In this document: positions 61,631 through 64,000 of the stretch, in pieces
Layout of the letters: each line of letters opens with the position of its first letter
How positions within the stretch are numbered: the first letter of the stretch is position 1
NCBI RefSeq assembly: GCF_009914755.1
Contig: NC_060947.1
DNA from: the human T2T-CHM13v2.0 reference genome, Homo sapiens
Reading direction: 5' to 3' (one strand)
Length of the DNA: 64,000 nucleotides
The notes under the pieces: model-generated
What the model was told of the DNA's origin: nothing
Seen by the model: the letters and a program-made list of their open reading frames with translations, nothing else
The model's database searches: none
Program-made: the position numbers and the translations under genes

Positions 61631-62084
61631 AAAAATCAGTTGTATTACTTAAGTTGCTTGTTAAAATATGTATCTGTTACTGTAATCAATACAAATAATT
61701 ATGAAGCAGTTCATGCATGCTGGCAAAGCCAGTCAAGCCATTCGTAAGTGCCTCTCGTTGGCAGTGAATGTATTTTTTTTCCTTGGCCTCCTAAGGCCCT
61801 TATGACTTTTTCTGGGTCAGCTTTGTTAACTCCTCTCACTTAGCTCCATTCTCAATGGTCAGCGAGGCTTGGGATTAGTCATTTTCACTTTTCTTGGTAC
61901 ATGGACCTCTCTCCCCCCGTACTCTCAGTATTTCAATTATCATTTGACTGTAGATAAGCTCCCAAATCTTTATTTCAGCTTAATATTCTATCCTGAATTT
62001 CAGACTCACACAGCCAACTGCCCAAGAATATTCCCTGAACTTGTCCGCCTTTTGGATATTCCCTAAACAGGACACGTCCTAAAT

Positions 62085-62267
62085 CAGTGTTCTCAAAGCC
62101 TGGTCCCTCACCAGCGGCATCAAAATCATGGAAGAACTTTGTAGAAATGCAAATTATCTGTGCCCTCCCCAGACCTCCCCAATTAGAAGCTTAAGGGTAA
62201 AACGGTCATCTGCATATTAACAAGTTTTCCAGGAGATTCCAGTGGAGCTAAAGTTTGAGAACCACTG
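62085..62267. mobile_element. MER5A hAT MITE
   Basis: CAGTGTTCTCAAA...TTTGAGAACCACTG TIRs; 8-bp TSD TCCTA(A/T)AT. Confidence 0.85.
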
Positions 62268-62307
62268 TCCTATATCATGCCCAGCGTTTACTCTGTGTAT
62301 TTATAAT

Positions 62308-62870
62308 GTTTTTAAAAAATTTCCATATTTTATGGATGCTTGAACATCTTGAGGTCCTTGGAAGGCCAGGGAGAGACTGCCCCTCCCAGGGCTAGCTAAT
62401 TCCTAAAGATAGCAAATAACTTGTAAACTTGCTCCCTTGTGGATTTGTTGGATTGCTTTTCGTTATACAAACCAACTAATCCAAAGTCCGTATCCCCAAC
62501 TACCTTCTTCATCTAACTGTTGTTACACCAAACCAATATTTCCCCCACCCTAACTTTTTCCCCTCACCCTAGGGCTTGGTACCAGACAACCAGAGACCAC
62601 TTTTACAGCCAGGAAATTTTGGAAATTATTTGAACTATCCAGTCCTAAACTTGCTCAGACTTGCCTATTCTACCTCACTCATTTCTTTTCCTTGGAAACC
62701 ACAATAAAGGGTTTGGGCTGTGCTTTCCTTTTCTGCCTGCTGACCGACTCTGGAACTTTTTTCCTGCATGGCTTTGCATGGCGTAGTATGTACTCTTCCC
62801 TTGAGAACTGTGAGTAATCAAACTTCTTTTAATGGAATTGATCTCTCTATATTGTCATTCAGTCATTTCT
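62308..62870 (+). mobile_element. MER74-like ERVL solo LTR within L2 sequence
   Basis: GGAGAGACTGCCCCTCCCAGGGCTAGCTAATTCCTAAAGATAG; GGTACCAGACAAC; GGAAACCACAATAAAGG. Confidence 0.75.
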
Positions 62871-63929
62871 GTAAAGCAAATCCCTGTGCAACTAAAATAC
62901 CCTGCCCCTCCCAACATAATCTAAGTCTTGGGTTCCCTACTTCGGTGAAGGTTTCTAGCTGTCCAAAAAGTAGAAACTTTACTTTTTCCTTTTGTATATT
63001 AATCCATTACTAGATAGCAAAGTCTATGTTTTTTTTTTTTTTTTTCAACTTGGAATCTATTAACCTCTTTCCCCCACTTATACCAATACTCCAGTTTAAG
63101 CCACCAGTGTGTTCAACTGGGCTTCAATAACTTAACGAAGGATATTTTTGCCTCAGTTTATGCCCTTCATTTCAATCCAATTTACCTTTTTAAATGAAGT
63201 CACTCCTCTGCTTAACACAGAACCTTTAGTGGTTTTTACCATTGTCATGCAAGTAAAAAAAAAAAAAATCTGACCCTTACTAACTTTCTAGCTTCATCTC
63301 TCCCAATTCAAACTCTAGGTTTACCAAGCAGCAATCCTCTCAAAATCACTTTCCCATGACTTCAGACTTGTGCACAGTATGTTGCCTGGCTTAGAGAATA
63401 CTCCTCATGTTTCCTTCCCCCTACCTGACCAACCCATCTCTTAGGTCTCCATTTAGATGTCAGGAGGAGCCTTTCTTCATGCCTTCAGGCTCAGCTATTC
63501 TATCATTCCGGGTTCTATCCTATCCCATTTCCTGCTATCTCCCTGACTTATTGGGGGTCCTATTTCTGTCAAAATCAGCAAAGGAAAGCGGGTAGGGGTT
63601 AGGGGAAGAAGGAACTGGGGGTGAGAAGGAAGACAATATGCATCAGGATAAAGGAATGAGCTGTTGGCATTCTTAGTTGAAACTCTGAAGGCATTTTCCA
63701 TGAGTGTAAACGCTATAATCACTTTCACAGATCACCTTCAAAAATACTGCCATGTTTGACCTCTTATTTAGTTGACATTGTTATCTAGATTGACATTTAT
63801 TGACCCATTTTGTTTTACTTAGTCTCAATGTAAGCAATGATATCTTAAAATCAACTGTTTATAGTACCGGCTATATTTGCCTAAAACACATTAAATAGAT
63901 TAAATTAAATTCACATAATTAGAATTTTA

Positions 63930-64000
63930 TGAGAGTGAGAAATTACTTAATGGGTACAATGCATCTTATTAAGGTGATGGATACCCTAAAAGGCCTGACG
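63930..64000 (+). mobile_element. Old L1 (L1PB/L1MA) 3' fragment running off the window
   Basis: GAGAAATTACTTAATGGGTACAAT...GGTGATGGATACCCTAAAAG. Confidence 0.65.

Overview
Human genomic DNA, shown by two human-specific elements: an L1HS pre-Ta and an AluYg6. The window is AT-rich, repeat-dense and intronic or intergenic. I recognise no host protein-coding exon, RNA gene or CpG island. The only real reading frames belong to a 5'-truncated, twin-priming-inverted L1HS (4802-9791), whose ORF2 is split into two stop-free halves on opposite strands that sum to the canonical 1275 aa. Other notable structure: a second, older inverted L1 carrying a nested L1; a complex local duplication at 32.5-35.2 kb that preserves the empty target site of the AluYg6; a probable L1-retroposed, polyadenylated LTR fragment; a MADE1 hairpin; several palindromes; and a few weak candidate regulatory or exon-like segments. 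I found no convincing new biological system. Repeat subfamily names come from recalled consensus features, not from a database search, and boundaries of old repeats are approximate.
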